In this document: one piece after another, positions 13,281 to 24,217 of the stretch
How the letters are laid out: each line of letters starts with the position of its first letter
Position numbering within the stretch: the first letter of the stretch is position 1
Assembly: GCF_964204645.1 (NCBI RefSeq)
Contig: NC_134033.1
Span: 2,748,131 to 2,812,130 of the forward strand
Length of the DNA: 64,000 bases
Direction of reading: 5' to 3'
DNA from: Tubulanus polymorphus
Lineage: Eukaryota > Animalia > Nemertea
Program-made: the position numbers and the translations under genes
The notes under the pieces: generated by a model
What the model saw: only the letters and a program-made list of their open reading frames with translations
What the model was told of the DNA's origin: nothing
Database searches by the model: none

Positions 13281-13497
13281 GGCTAAAAAAATGGATACCT
13301 TGTTTCTCCGCTCTGCTGAGCTTATAAGTTGACCCGGCCGCCTATCTGCCCTGTACATTACTCTTTTTTTAAAATCGTGATCAATTTTACCATAACAGAC
13401 CCGGCCGGTATAGAAATGAACTGTTTATAAATTTTATCATATTTTACAAAAATGACCCGGCCGCTGCGGAGAAACAAGGTATCATTTTTGTTTAGCC
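13281..13497. mobile_element. PIF/Harbinger MITE, copy 2
   Basis: Near-identical to 12671-12889; TTA/TTA target duplication. Confidence 0.9.
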
Positions 13498-14149
13498 TTA
13501 ACCGTGTGATCTGTTTATTTATATAAGGGACCATACGTTTTAAATAAGTAAGGTTCAGAATATGACGATAACTGATTGTTTGATAAACCGGTCAGAAGTG
13601 AACCGGGTTTAAATCCGGCAACTAGAGTCAGGTTTCACGAGGTCCCGAACAAAGTTCCGGGGCTATTTCATCTAGTTTGTTGGAACACTGATTCTAGTAC
13701 GAAAACATGATTTCTGGATCAATGGTGCAATACGTACTCGATGGGACTGTACCGGAGTCCTATCTTCGGTTTCAAACGTGTCTGGCACGGTGACGGTCGT
13801 TAGAGCTCGCCTGACTAGAGATTTATCTTTGTGAAATCCGAAGTTTCCTCTGACAATATTTCATTTTTGTAACCTCGATGAGACTGTATATACTATAGAA
13901 AGTCTTCTCGTTTCGGTTTTGATTGCGTCAGGTATAGTGGCAGTCGAAAAGCCCGCTAGACTTGTCGAGATTCATCTTTGTGAAATCGGAATTTTTCAGC
14001 ACTATGTAATTTATTTCCCATCTGACAACGATGTTGAAAATGTGCGGCGTACGGTAGGCTTAGATTTTGATGGGAGGTCGAGAGAGACAGAGAGCTAAGT
14101 GGGTGTAACTGCTGGAATCACTGCTAAAACGCATTCTGTGCGCTTCAAC

Positions 14150-15235
14150 ATGAATTTTACCACAATCTTAACGACTGCTGCTCCGCGATGGTGCAAGGAC
14201 CTATCACGACCAGAACGATGGGATCACGTTTTCAGCTATAATATTTATACGTACGGATATTTTCCAGCTTCAGTTTTAGGAATGTTTCTAAACTCTGTTT
14301 CTATTCTAGTATTCAGAAAGATCGGTCGCTCCACTTATCAAACTATAATCATTCTCGCCTGGTTTGATTTACTGTTCGTATTTTCAGTGTTTCTTCTTTA
14401 TCCATTTCGAATGTATATCATCTATATGAGTTCCAGAGTATTTATTCTCGGGCGTATCGACGACTGGTTTTTTGGACACGAAATTATAATTTGGGTTCTA
14501 CCGCTGTTTTATACGTTTCAAATGGCAAAAAATTGGGGCGTAGTTACAGTAAATTTTGAAAGACTTCTGGTCGTCGCGAGTCCGCTGTATTTCAGACGAT
14601 TCTGGGACAAAAAGCAAATAATTTTTATATCGGTTTTGAACGGCATTATTTCCGCCATTTGTTTCTGGCCGTATTATTTTCCACTACGTTTACCCGGAAG
14701 GCCAAGGCGGCGCTGTTACACACGTTTATATACGATGGGTGCTTTTGGAGCGAAAACAATTCGAACACCTTTTACTTATTCCTCTGCTAGCGCCGCGCTT
14801 TATCTTGATAATTCATACATGTTCATGACTGTTTCTACACCTTTTATTAGTTTAATTGTGATAAATCTAACTTTGTTCGGAATTATGATGTTTAGAAAAC
14901 TAAATCGAAAGAAACAATTTCGCGCGGACGCAGCGGCGCCCGGTGAAAAATCTACCGAACTCAAAATATTAAAAGTGGTTCTTATAATTGTATTTCTGTT
15001 TTTTATCTGTGAAATCCCCGCATCGCTGGACCGACTGTTGCATTTCTTGCAGAAGAGGTATGGCTTACGTCACGGTGTAGTTGGGGGTGGGCTGATGATC
15101 ATGCGTAAAGTGGGAATTCTGTTCAGTGTTATAGACTCGTCCGTAAATTTCTTCGTTTACTGCGCAACAAACGGCGCCTTTAGAAAAAAAGCTAAACAGA
15201 TTTTACTAATAAATTATCTGTTGGACTCTAAATAG
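14150..15235 (+). CDS. Intronless class A GPCR, FMRFamide-receptor-like (lophotrochozoan expansion type)
   Basis: First ATG at 14150 (MNFTT, N-glycosylation sequon); seven hydrophobic segments; TM1 GMFLNS, TM2 LAWFDL, TM3 FERL (DRY equivalent), TM6 FFICEIP, TM7 DSSVNFFVY. Confidence 0.9.
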   Translation: MNFTTILTTAAPRWCKDLSRPERWDHVFSYNIYTYGYFPASVLGMFLNSVSILVFRKIGRSTYQTIIILAWFDLLFVFSVFLLYPFRMYIIYMSSRVFILGRIDDWFFGHEIIIWVLPLFYTFQMAKNWGVVTVNFERLLVVASPLYFRRFWDKKQIIFISVLNGIISAICFWPYYFPLRLPGRPRRRCYTRLYTMGAFGAKTIRTPFTYSSASAALYLDNSYMFMTVSTPFISLIVINLTLFGIMMFRKLNRKKQFRADAAAPGEKSTELKILKVVLIIVFLFFICEIPASLDRLLHFLQKRYGLRHGVVGGGLMIMRKVGILFSVIDSSVNFFVYCATNGAFRKKAKQILLINYLLDSK

Positions 15236-16381
15236 GACAGATAAAAGTTCCTTTCATTCCACATTTCAAGAAACAGACCACAGCGTCCATATTATCAATG
15301 ACGGTAAGATGGTCGAACTCAGTGGTTGCTGTTTGTAACTTCATGATTTTTTCATGCTGCTTTCTGCTTGAACTGATGCAACGGTTCTGCCCTCAAATCG
15401 CAAAGCTCTTACTAACACTTGACTGTGATGATTTTGGAAACTTCAAGATGATATAGCCCCGATGTTTTTGCAAACTGATGAATAGACGTGGAGCAAAGAC
15501 GCAAAATGATCTTAAACCCGTGAAACTTGGCTAATTTGCGAGCTCGAAAGAAACCTCAGATTCTATGACTGCATTATCAAACATATAAAAAATTATATCG
15601 AAAATGAACTAACTTCGACTCGGAGTTAACTCTTACTCACAACTGTGGAACCGGGACCTGTAGTTTCGGCGTCCTGCAATGCAGCAACACCGCACGTTAT
15701 TGCGTTTATTAGCAAGTTTATCATCCCGGACTCAGTTCAACTGAGATCTGATTTATGAGAGAGAATGCATTCGTGTCCAGAAATTACACCGAACAGAAAG
15801 TCAGTAACTTCCGGAAGATTTCTCTCGGGAATCGTACCGGAAATTTCCGGAGGATCTATTTCCGGAAACTTTCTGCCTAAATGGTGCCTACAGAGTTCGT
15901 AAACTTCAGGGCAAGTGGAAATACAGGTGTTTTCTGGGAGTTGTCCAGGCGAAAAGTGAAAAATTCCAGGAGTCATGGCAAGCAAAATGTTGGTTTAGGC
16001 CTATCTATAGCCGCGATCACACAAGCAAAAAATCTCTGCGTGATAGACTATTGATTCTGGTCTTGAAATATAACCATCCCTCGCAGTGTCACTATATATA
16101 CTAAATATACGAAATCAGGTATCCATGTTTGTAGTTTTGCATTTACTGGGCTGTGTTGCCCAACCTCAAACGGCCGAGCGGACCCAACTATTTGATAATG
16201 AGATGCTCTGGTGCTCACTTTCACTCTTGAATATATGAGGGAAGCATATTTATAGCTTTATCAATTTAACAATGGTAGTCCTATACCCGGGTCTACAGTC
16301 ATTACACACGAACAATTAAGGGTATATTCCTTCATTGTTTAAAACTAGGAGTAATGGCGACTACGGAATAGTGTTTCTTCA

Positions 16382-16985
16382 ATGGTTATAATGTTACCAA
16401 CGGATCGAAGTATTGTTTTGAATTTCCTCGCGTTTCGGTATCTCGTTACCAGTTTCCGAAATTATCAAAAATGCTACATTAAATCGAGAACCGCCGAGAG
16501 TATAGTTAAATCTCTCCGGGACTGTTACTACGAAAAAGTTATTCCGCGTTCGCTGTCTTGGATTTGGAAGTATGATTCCAGTTCAGCTTTTCCGCCTGAA
16601 GCTAACAAACGACTGCAATTCGCAATAGATCGCGCTAAGAAAGATTTCGCCAATCTCAAAAATATATATGGTTTAAACTTTTCGCTTCCACATCGGAATA
16701 AGCATGTTTTGGACTTCGACACTCACTTAGAATATCGGAAATTATCACCCAAGTCTGGACTACGATTTCATATTTATGAACTTACAAACCATTTGTGATC
16801 AACTGAACAGGAATTATTTTGATAATTTACCACGTCGATTCCGTCTCACTCTTCATGAACTCTGAAACTTAACAACTGTTAGAAATTTCAAAAGCGGATA
16901 ATGGTGGGAAAATTGTTATCTTAGACCTTGTTGATTATTATGCAAATCTCTCTTAGACAACCCCAATGTATATAAGATCATCCCG
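16382..16985 (+). mobile_element. Degenerate Penelope-like retroelement fragment (region upstream of the RT core)
   Basis: Motifs in order across frameshifts: LRDCYYEKVIPRSL, YGLNFSLP, NLPRRFRLTLHEL, ISKADNGGKIVILDLVDY (the KADKG..VILD..Y motif) and KSLLDNPNVY. Confidence 0.78.
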
Positions 16986-17923
16986 AGGAAGCGGAATCTC
17001 CTATACCCAGACAAGCGACTTGCCCGGTACCAATTTCAGAAAAGAGAGAATATTTTTTTATACAGGCGCGCGGTTACCGGTACCGAGTATAGGAAACAAG
17101 TTGCTGTAAACAGAATAATCCTACCCAGAAAAGTAATTTAGTCATCGCAATCGGTACTGCACCAATCATGTCCATAGGTATAATAAGAACTACGTAGGCT
17201 TGATGATGGATAATATGTATATCAAATAATAAAATCAACTCCTCCGCACTCAAATCAATTGAGATATTTTGTGTTCGAGTTTAGGCGATAAAATTCGCGT
17301 TATAAGTGTACACAGTGGATGCTCGTTACAGCGAACTTCACGGGACCAGAATATACGTTCGTTTTAACCAGTAAGAAATTGATTGAAATAGTCTCTCGCT
17401 TGGGATGAAAATTCCATCATGAATCGTTGTGCCTGCTGTGTTCACATGAAATCTAATTCACATTCTGCTAATGCAACGGTTCTGAGATTTTCGTTCGACG
17501 CGAAAGCATTCTGTTTTAAAGGAGTCGACTGAAATATATATTTTTTGTATGGATAATAAAATACGTCGACGATAAGAAAAGTCACAGGTTTGCGTGTCAC
17601 TAAATACCATTGTCTCTAAGTGATCGGACGAATGTGAAATCTTGGGAGTAGTCCAAGGTGAAACAAAAGCTATTCTTGTCCTGAATAGACCGCATACGAA
17701 ATCAATAGTCCATTCTATATGCATTCCCTTTGATAATGATGAAATCGAACCCGCGCTTCAGAAACAAAGTCATTGATGGAAAAGGCGTCGTATCAGTTCA
17801 AGCAGCGTATCAAAATTACGAAGATAAATGAACATCGTATCGGGTTTTAAATCGTATTGTCACCGCTTTCGATGCGGCAGATGTTTCGATCTGATTCTTA
17901 TGAAATCAATTATTTTTCTAATT

Positions 17924-19009
17924 CTATTTAGAATCCCACAGATAATTTATTAGTAAAATCTGTTTAGCTTTTTTCCTAAAGGCGCCGTTTGTAGCGCAGT
18001 AAACGAAGAAATTTACGGACGAGTCTAAAACACTGAACAGAATTCCTACTTTACGCATGATCATTCGTTCATCAAAAGATACGCCGTGGAGTAATCCATA
18101 CCTTTTCTGCAAAAACCCTAACACGCGGTCCAGCGAGGCGGGAGTTTCACAAATAAAAAACAGAATTACAATGATAATAACCACTTTTAATATTTTGAAT
18201 TCGGTAGATTTTTTACCGGGCGCCGCTGCGTCCGCGTGAAATTGTTTCTTTCGATTTAGTTTTCTAAACATCATAATTCCTAATAAAGTTAGATTTATCA
18301 CAATTAAAGTAATGAAAGGTGCAAGAACAGTCATGAAAATGTTGGAATTATTAACGTGAACTGCAGCATTAGCACGGGAATAGGCAAAAGGTGTTCGAAT
18401 TGTTTTCGCTCCAAAAGCTCCCATCGTGGATTGACTCCTGAAACAATGTCGCGTGGCCTTTCCGGGTAAACGTTGTGGCAAATAATACGGCCAGTAACAA
18501 ACAATGGATATAACGACATTGAAAACCGACAGAAAAATTATTTGTTTATTGTCCCAGAATCGTCTGAAATACAGCGGACTCGCGACGACCAGAAGTCTTT
18601 CAAAATTGATTATAACTACGGCCCAATTTTTTGTCATTTGAAACGTATGAAACAGCGGTTGAACCCAAATTGTAATTTCGTGTCCAAAAAACCAGTCGTC
18701 GTAACGGCCAAGAATAGACACGCTGGAATTCATACCGATTTTGAATATTCGAAGTGGATAAAGAAGAAACACTGAACATACGAACAGTAAATCAAACCAG
18801 GCGAGAATCATTATAGTTTGATAAATAGCGCGACCGATTGTTCTGAATACTAGAATAGAAACAGAGTTTAGAATCATTCCTAAAACTGTAGCCGGAAAAT
18901 ATCCGTACACATAAATTCTATAACTGAAAACGTGATCCCATCGTTCTGGTGGTAACAGGTCCTTGCACTGCCGCGGAGCAGAAGTCGTGGAGATTGTGGT
19001 AGAATTCAT
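17924..19009 (-). CDS. Intronless class A GPCR, FMRFamide-receptor-like; paralog of 14150-15235
   Basis: ATG at 19009 (MNSTT); collinear and highly similar to the + strand copy with the same TM motifs. Confidence 0.9.
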   Translation of the reverse strand: MNSTTISTTSAPRQCKDLLPPERWDHVFSYRIYVYGYFPATVLGMILNSVSILVFRTIGRAIYQTIMILAWFDLLFVCSVFLLYPLRIFKIGMNSSVSILGRYDDWFFGHEITIWVQPLFHTFQMTKNWAVVIINFERLLVVASPLYFRRFWDNKQIIFLSVFNVVISIVCYWPYYLPQRLPGKATRHCFRSQSTMGAFGAKTIRTPFAYSRANAAVHVNNSNIFMTVLAPFITLIVINLTLLGIMMFRKLNRKKQFHADAAAPGKKSTEFKILKVVIIIVILFFICETPASLDRVLGFLQKRYGLLHGVSFDERMIMRKVGILFSVLDSSVNFFVYCATNGAFRKKAKQILLINYLWDSK

Positions 19010-20536
19010 TCTTCCATGACCTGTAATCAGTGACTCGGTAACACCCCACTCGCTCTCTGTCTCTGTTATTACATCTAAGCGTACTACACGCGGACGCACG
19101 TTTTCAAAATTCTCGTCGGATGGAACGTAAATTACATAGCGCTGAAAATTCAGATTTCACGAAGATGAATCTCTATATATGTCATATATAAAGTCAGGTG
19201 AGCTCTACGACTGCTGCGAGACAGTTGTCTCATCGGGTACAACGCATCATCGATTAAGAAATCAAGTCCTTTTTAAACCCCGTCACTTCAGTTAGAAAAC
19301 ATATTGTATGTGTATAATAATAAAACAGATCTCTTGGGAAAAAACTTAATTAGGGTTAGGGTTAACCACGTGTGCTTATAGTTAGGTCCAGAGTATGGCG
19401 ATCATTGGTTCTATGATAAACCAGCCAGAAGTAAAACTGATTGACATCCTGACCTGATTGAGTCAGGTTTCATGAGGTCCCGAACAAAGTTCCTACCAAC
19501 AGATCCCGCGTGGTGTTATTTACGGGTGGATGCTGACACATTTACTGCCTACGAACCGAAACGTTGGATGTTCTGGGCAAGAACACTCGTGTGTTTCGGT
19601 TCTTGTGAGGGGTCCACCCTCCGATATTCTGGACTGGATATTTTCTGAAGAAAGATCAATATTCAAGGTTGAAAATTTTGTAGTGGCAATTATATTCGCT
19701 GGTTTACCAGATCTGAAAATGCGAGCGACGAAACCACGGCGAAGTTTGGAAAAAGGCCCTAAATTGCTAAGTGGATTCCTCTCCCTCCCCTTTGACCCTG
19801 GATCCGCCTCTGATCAAAATGATTATTAAAAGAAGCCTTGATACCAAAACAAGAGAAAGTTCCGCGACTTGCGTCAGGGGACGAATTTCTAAATTGGACG
19901 AATAATTTGAATTAAGAGTTTATGCGCCCTACATACAACTCGTTTGTAGGCCTATACTACTGACTCATGGGTACATGACTGCTGATATTTTTGAGTAGAA
20001 AACGAATCCGTTGACAATCGTTCATCTCTTCTTTGTCGTTTATTTCAGATAGATAGATAGATATTTCATTGTCCACAAAATAAAATCAGCATTGACAAAA
20101 TCTGTTTCCTATGTTAGTGCACGATATCATTACTTGTGTTATAAATGGCAAGTGGGGATTTAACAGCATTAGCCGCACCGGCGATGGGCAGTTTTATATC
20201 AATTTTACACATTAAACAAAAATTCAAATTCAAAGGTTATCATAAGCAACTGGTCGCTAATTACCTTCGCGGGACTGGCCCCAGTTAAATACAGGCACAA
20301 GCCCCTCAGTCAGAGAGTAACCATATGTAGAATAAATTATCTATTGTCAACCTGACGACGTAGTTTGCTTAAATAACGTAATAGGAACAGTTTCTTCGTC
20401 GTTCACGGAATCAGATCCACTACCGTACACGCGTCACGAAGGGGGATTTATTTCTTTACGGGCGCGTATAGATTTCTAACTTGGGCGATTGGTTTTTAGA
20501 AAAGACCTGATTTATGGATTATTCATTGGTACGTAA

Positions 20537-20752
20537 GGCTAAAAAAAATTGATACCTTGTTTCTCCGCTCTGCTGAGCTTATAAGTTGACCCGGCCGCCT
20601 ATCTACCCTATACATTACTTTTTTTTAAATCGTGATCAATTTTACCATAACAGACCCGGCCGCTATAGAAATGAACTGTTTATAAATTTTATCATATTTT
20701 ACAAAAATGACCCGGCCGCTGCGGAGAAACAAGGTATGATTTTTGTTTAGCC
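20537..20752. mobile_element. PIF/Harbinger MITE, copy 3
   Basis: Near-identical to 12671-12889; TAA/TAA target duplication. Confidence 0.9.
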
Positions 20753-21367
20753 TAACACTTATTCGTTTTCGTTCAAAAATATACGCATATATATACTTCC
20801 AAGCCTAGTTCATTTTTGTAGGAAAAAGTAGCAAAATTTTCACCCGAAAATGTGAAGTTGTGAAATTGCTTCTGCATCTGATTTTCAATTTCAGGTTTTC
20901 CACGCGAGCACTACCCCGACCCGATAGCGCGTGGCTATTACCTTACAAAAAGTTCTACGTTCATGAAAATCGAACGGATGTACGTTAATAGCCAAAATTG
21001 AATAATTGAAAATCATTTTAGGGGGAATTTATTTATTTAGGAACTGTTCATGCATATACGCAAAACGTTATTGATTTTCTTACTCGAAACACGGATTTTA
21101 TAAAAACACTCCATTTTCTGATGCGATGTACTCGATGAGACTGTGTAGGCATACTGACGGTCTTGAACGTGTCTGTTATCATAGGGCTTTAAATATAACA
21201 CTTATAACTCAGAACTGCGCAACTGGATCCTGGGCTGGCCGATAGCTATATGCGCTTCAATATGTCTAATGAACATTAAAAAAACTGAGAAATATTTCTA
21301 AAGCTATTTCTTTATTTTATTCGAAGACAAAAACATATTTATACCATTCATAATTAAAGTAATTAAT

Positions 21368-22339
21368 CTATTCTAAATCGTCCCCGGGAAGTTGTTCCCC
21401 GCATTGAAACTTCACGAAGTCCGAAATTTCCAACGAATTTTGTTCCAAGAATTCTTTAACGGTGATCGATTCGTCCATCAGGAATTCCTGAAACAACAAC
21501 CGCTTTTCGTCGTCTTTATTCGAGTCGGGTTCGTCGTCGTCGTCCGGCGAACCGACGCGGTCCGGGTTCATGCCGACGATATGCTGGCACAACTGGCGCG
21601 CCAATTCCTCCGTTTTGAAGCGCGCGCCGTCAGGCGGCGACGCCGTCCGGCGGTACGAAACAACGGCGCAGTATTTACCGAGTTGGCACGCGCCCGAACT
21701 CGCGCTTTCGGGACCGGCCGAATGAACGTAGCTCGCTAACTCGAAACCGTCCGCCGCGCGCATCACGACGCCGCGACGCGGCGCCATATTCTCGCCGATG
21801 TTCCCGATCACCAACGCGATCGCGTCCGATACGGTTTCGGCGCCGTCGCACGGCAACGACGCGATTCGACTTTTATCGAACGCGACGATATTTCGCGTAT
21901 CGCTATTCGAAGTCGAGCCGCCGCGTAAACAGGCGTCGGCGACCTGTTGCACCAACGCGTGGAACTTCTTATTGCGCGCGACGAAATCTGTTTCGCAGTT
22001 CAGCTCGACGATGGAGGCGGCGTCGCCCTCGACGATTAATCCGATCAGCCCGTTAGACATGGCGCGGTGTTGTAATTTAGTCGCTTTCGCCCATCCCTCT
22101 TTCTGCGCCTCGGCGCGAAGCCACTCCTCGGCTTTGTCGACGTCGTTTTCGAATCGGTCGAGAGCCTTGCGACAATTAATAAACGGATAACCAGTCCGTT
22201 TACGTAATTTACTTAACGAGGCCTTGTCGGCGGTTAGGTAGGCGGTCAGGTGCACCGAACGACCTATCACAGGCGGCGGTCTAACGACGATTCGACGGAG
22301 ATGCCGCGAACAGAGACCTCGCACAGCAGCGGAAAACAT
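21368..22339 (-). CDS. TSFM: Mitochondrial elongation factor Ts (single coding exon; probable 5'UTR intron ~22347-22611)
   Basis: Arg-rich presequence MFSAAVRGLCSRHLRR; LSKLRKRTGYPFINCRKAL; IVELNCETDFVARN signature; IGENM; QLCQHIVGMNP; C-terminal FVKFQCGE. A splice acceptor lies 7 nt upstream of the ATG. Confidence 0.96.
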   Translation of the reverse strand: MFSAAVRGLCSRHLRRIVVRPPPVIGRSVHLTAYLTADKASLSKLRKRTGYPFINCRKALDRFENDVDKAEEWLRAEAQKEGWAKATKLQHRAMSNGLIGLIVEGDAASIVELNCETDFVARNKKFHALVQQVADACLRGGSTSNSDTRNIVAFDKSRIASLPCDGAETVSDAIALVIGNIGENMAPRRGVVMRAADGFELASYVHSAGPESASSGACQLGKYCAVVSYRRTASPPDGARFKTEELARQLCQHIVGMNPDRVGSPDDDDEPDSNKDDEKRLLFQEFLMDESITVKEFLEQNSLEISDFVKFQCGEQLPGDDLE

Positions 22340-23879
22340 CGCGATCCTACCGTAGAAAAAAACATTCACAAATCACACAGAATTTTAAGATTATCAACCA
22401 GGGCCATCATATTTGAAGTTTGGGGGTGAACTGTTGAAGGCCTTCATAATTGAAAATCGGAACAAATTTATTGATTTTCTGTGGGAGTATTTTGATATTC
22501 TTAGCCCTTCAAGGTCAAGTAAGCTACCGATATCAAATTGGCGTCTTGTGCAGCGGAATGAAAGAGTAATCGGTAGAAATTCAATAAGATGAAGACATAA
22601 TTGACAAATACCTTGTGTTTTTGGTGGAATAAAATTAATTTCCGGGTGAAAATTCTATGCGGCAAAATTTGACGAAATTGTTGCTAATCGGCTGTAACTA
22701 TTCCGTCATTTATGCTCTACTGCCAAGGGTGGCGTTTAGGCGAATGGATCAATTAAATCGAATTTTATTCATAAAAGAACAGAAATTTATTGTGACTGAA
22801 ATAGCATTAAAACCGATATCGACGTAGCTGACATAGTTTGCATAAGTACGAGATTATTCAACAGTCCTCTCGAATTGGTCTTTTGCTAGGTTTTTGTACT
22901 TCTGTTGTCACCACGGCGGAAGCCCCCCTCCCCCTACTAATATCACGAATTCGGTCCGGTAGAGCAATTTAGAAAGGATGAGAAAAATCTTATGCATTAA
23001 AAAAAACACGGAGGTTATTAGCGAAAATGAAAGAGATAATATAATTTCACAAACTTTCAAGGGATTAGTTTACGGAATCCCGGGATGTGCTACCGCCCTG
23101 GCCAGAGGACCAGCCACAGCGCGGCAACGACACCGCGGAAAAACAAAGTATAAAAAACAAAGTCTGGGAAAACTCAGCGGATTTGCAGCAGAAAAGTTTT
23201 CTCATGGGGGGGGGCGCATATGTCACAAGCCCTTCTTCTTTATGTTGTCCCACTGATCATTGATCGCATTGTCGTAGTTCATGCAGGAATAGAAATCAAG
23301 GTAACTTAAAACATGTAGTTATGATAACAACATAGTCTGTATGTTGGCCTACTCATCCTATGAAACGGGTCCCACGTTCTAACCGACATTTCTAAACTTG
23401 GACTATTTGCACTGGTTCGTATCTTATATAACACGCGTACGCTGTTCGTACAAACTCATCAAAACTGTCCCCGAATCGATACACAATTTAATAAATTCGT
23501 ATTTGATTAATAACTATTTGATGATGAGCACGGCACGCGCGGTTAGTTTAGGCTCGGACAGTCAGTGTGCGTGTGTGTGACCGGAACAAACTGCCACAGT
23601 GTATCGATACAACCCCCGGACAAGATAAGAACGGACAAGTCTGCTCGATCGCGATCATCTGACGATCCAACGAGAGTTGTTGGTGACCGGTCTGAAATAC
23701 GTGGCGGATATCTAGACGAGTGTTTTCGTTCAAAGGTACGTTCAGTCACATAAAAGCAGGCGCGGATCCAGACTATCGCACATGCAACACGGGCCCTTTT
23801 CAAAGTTTGTGCCCTTTTTTCACTGTGCTGTAGTCACCGAATGGCCTGGATCCGCGCCTGAAAACTCGTTGTACAAGCG

Positions 23880-24108
23880 TGTTTCTTATATATAATTAAA
23901 TATCAATACATATGTAATACATATTAATATATAATTATCACTTAGTTTATCAATTCTTTTTTCCCAGGGAAATCTCCCTATCAGACTCAGCCCCTAAGGC
24001 TCGGGGTTGTCCTTCTCATATAGGTACCTATTCATCTATGAAATGATATCCAAAGAAATTATGTTTATAATCTTGTACATATTGTAAGTAAATAAATCAT
24101 TCATTCTT
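23880..24108 (+). mobile_element. Probable LINE (CR1/L2-type) 3' tail remnant
   Basis: Stem-loop cagcccc..ggggttg, then an AT-rich tract ending aataaatcattcattc (short-repeat tail). Confidence 0.35.
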
Positions 24109-24217
24109 CTGCAAATCGTTTTAACCTATGTGATTTTTTTATGATTCAGTGTATCTATAGGTTTTTGTTAGCTCACGGTTCACTTCATATTTTGAAGGTA
24201 ACGCGCGTGCAGATTCT

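Noticed and set aside
21392-22190. Plus-strand ORFs overlapping TSFM
   Set aside because: Antisense shadows of a GC-rich CDS.
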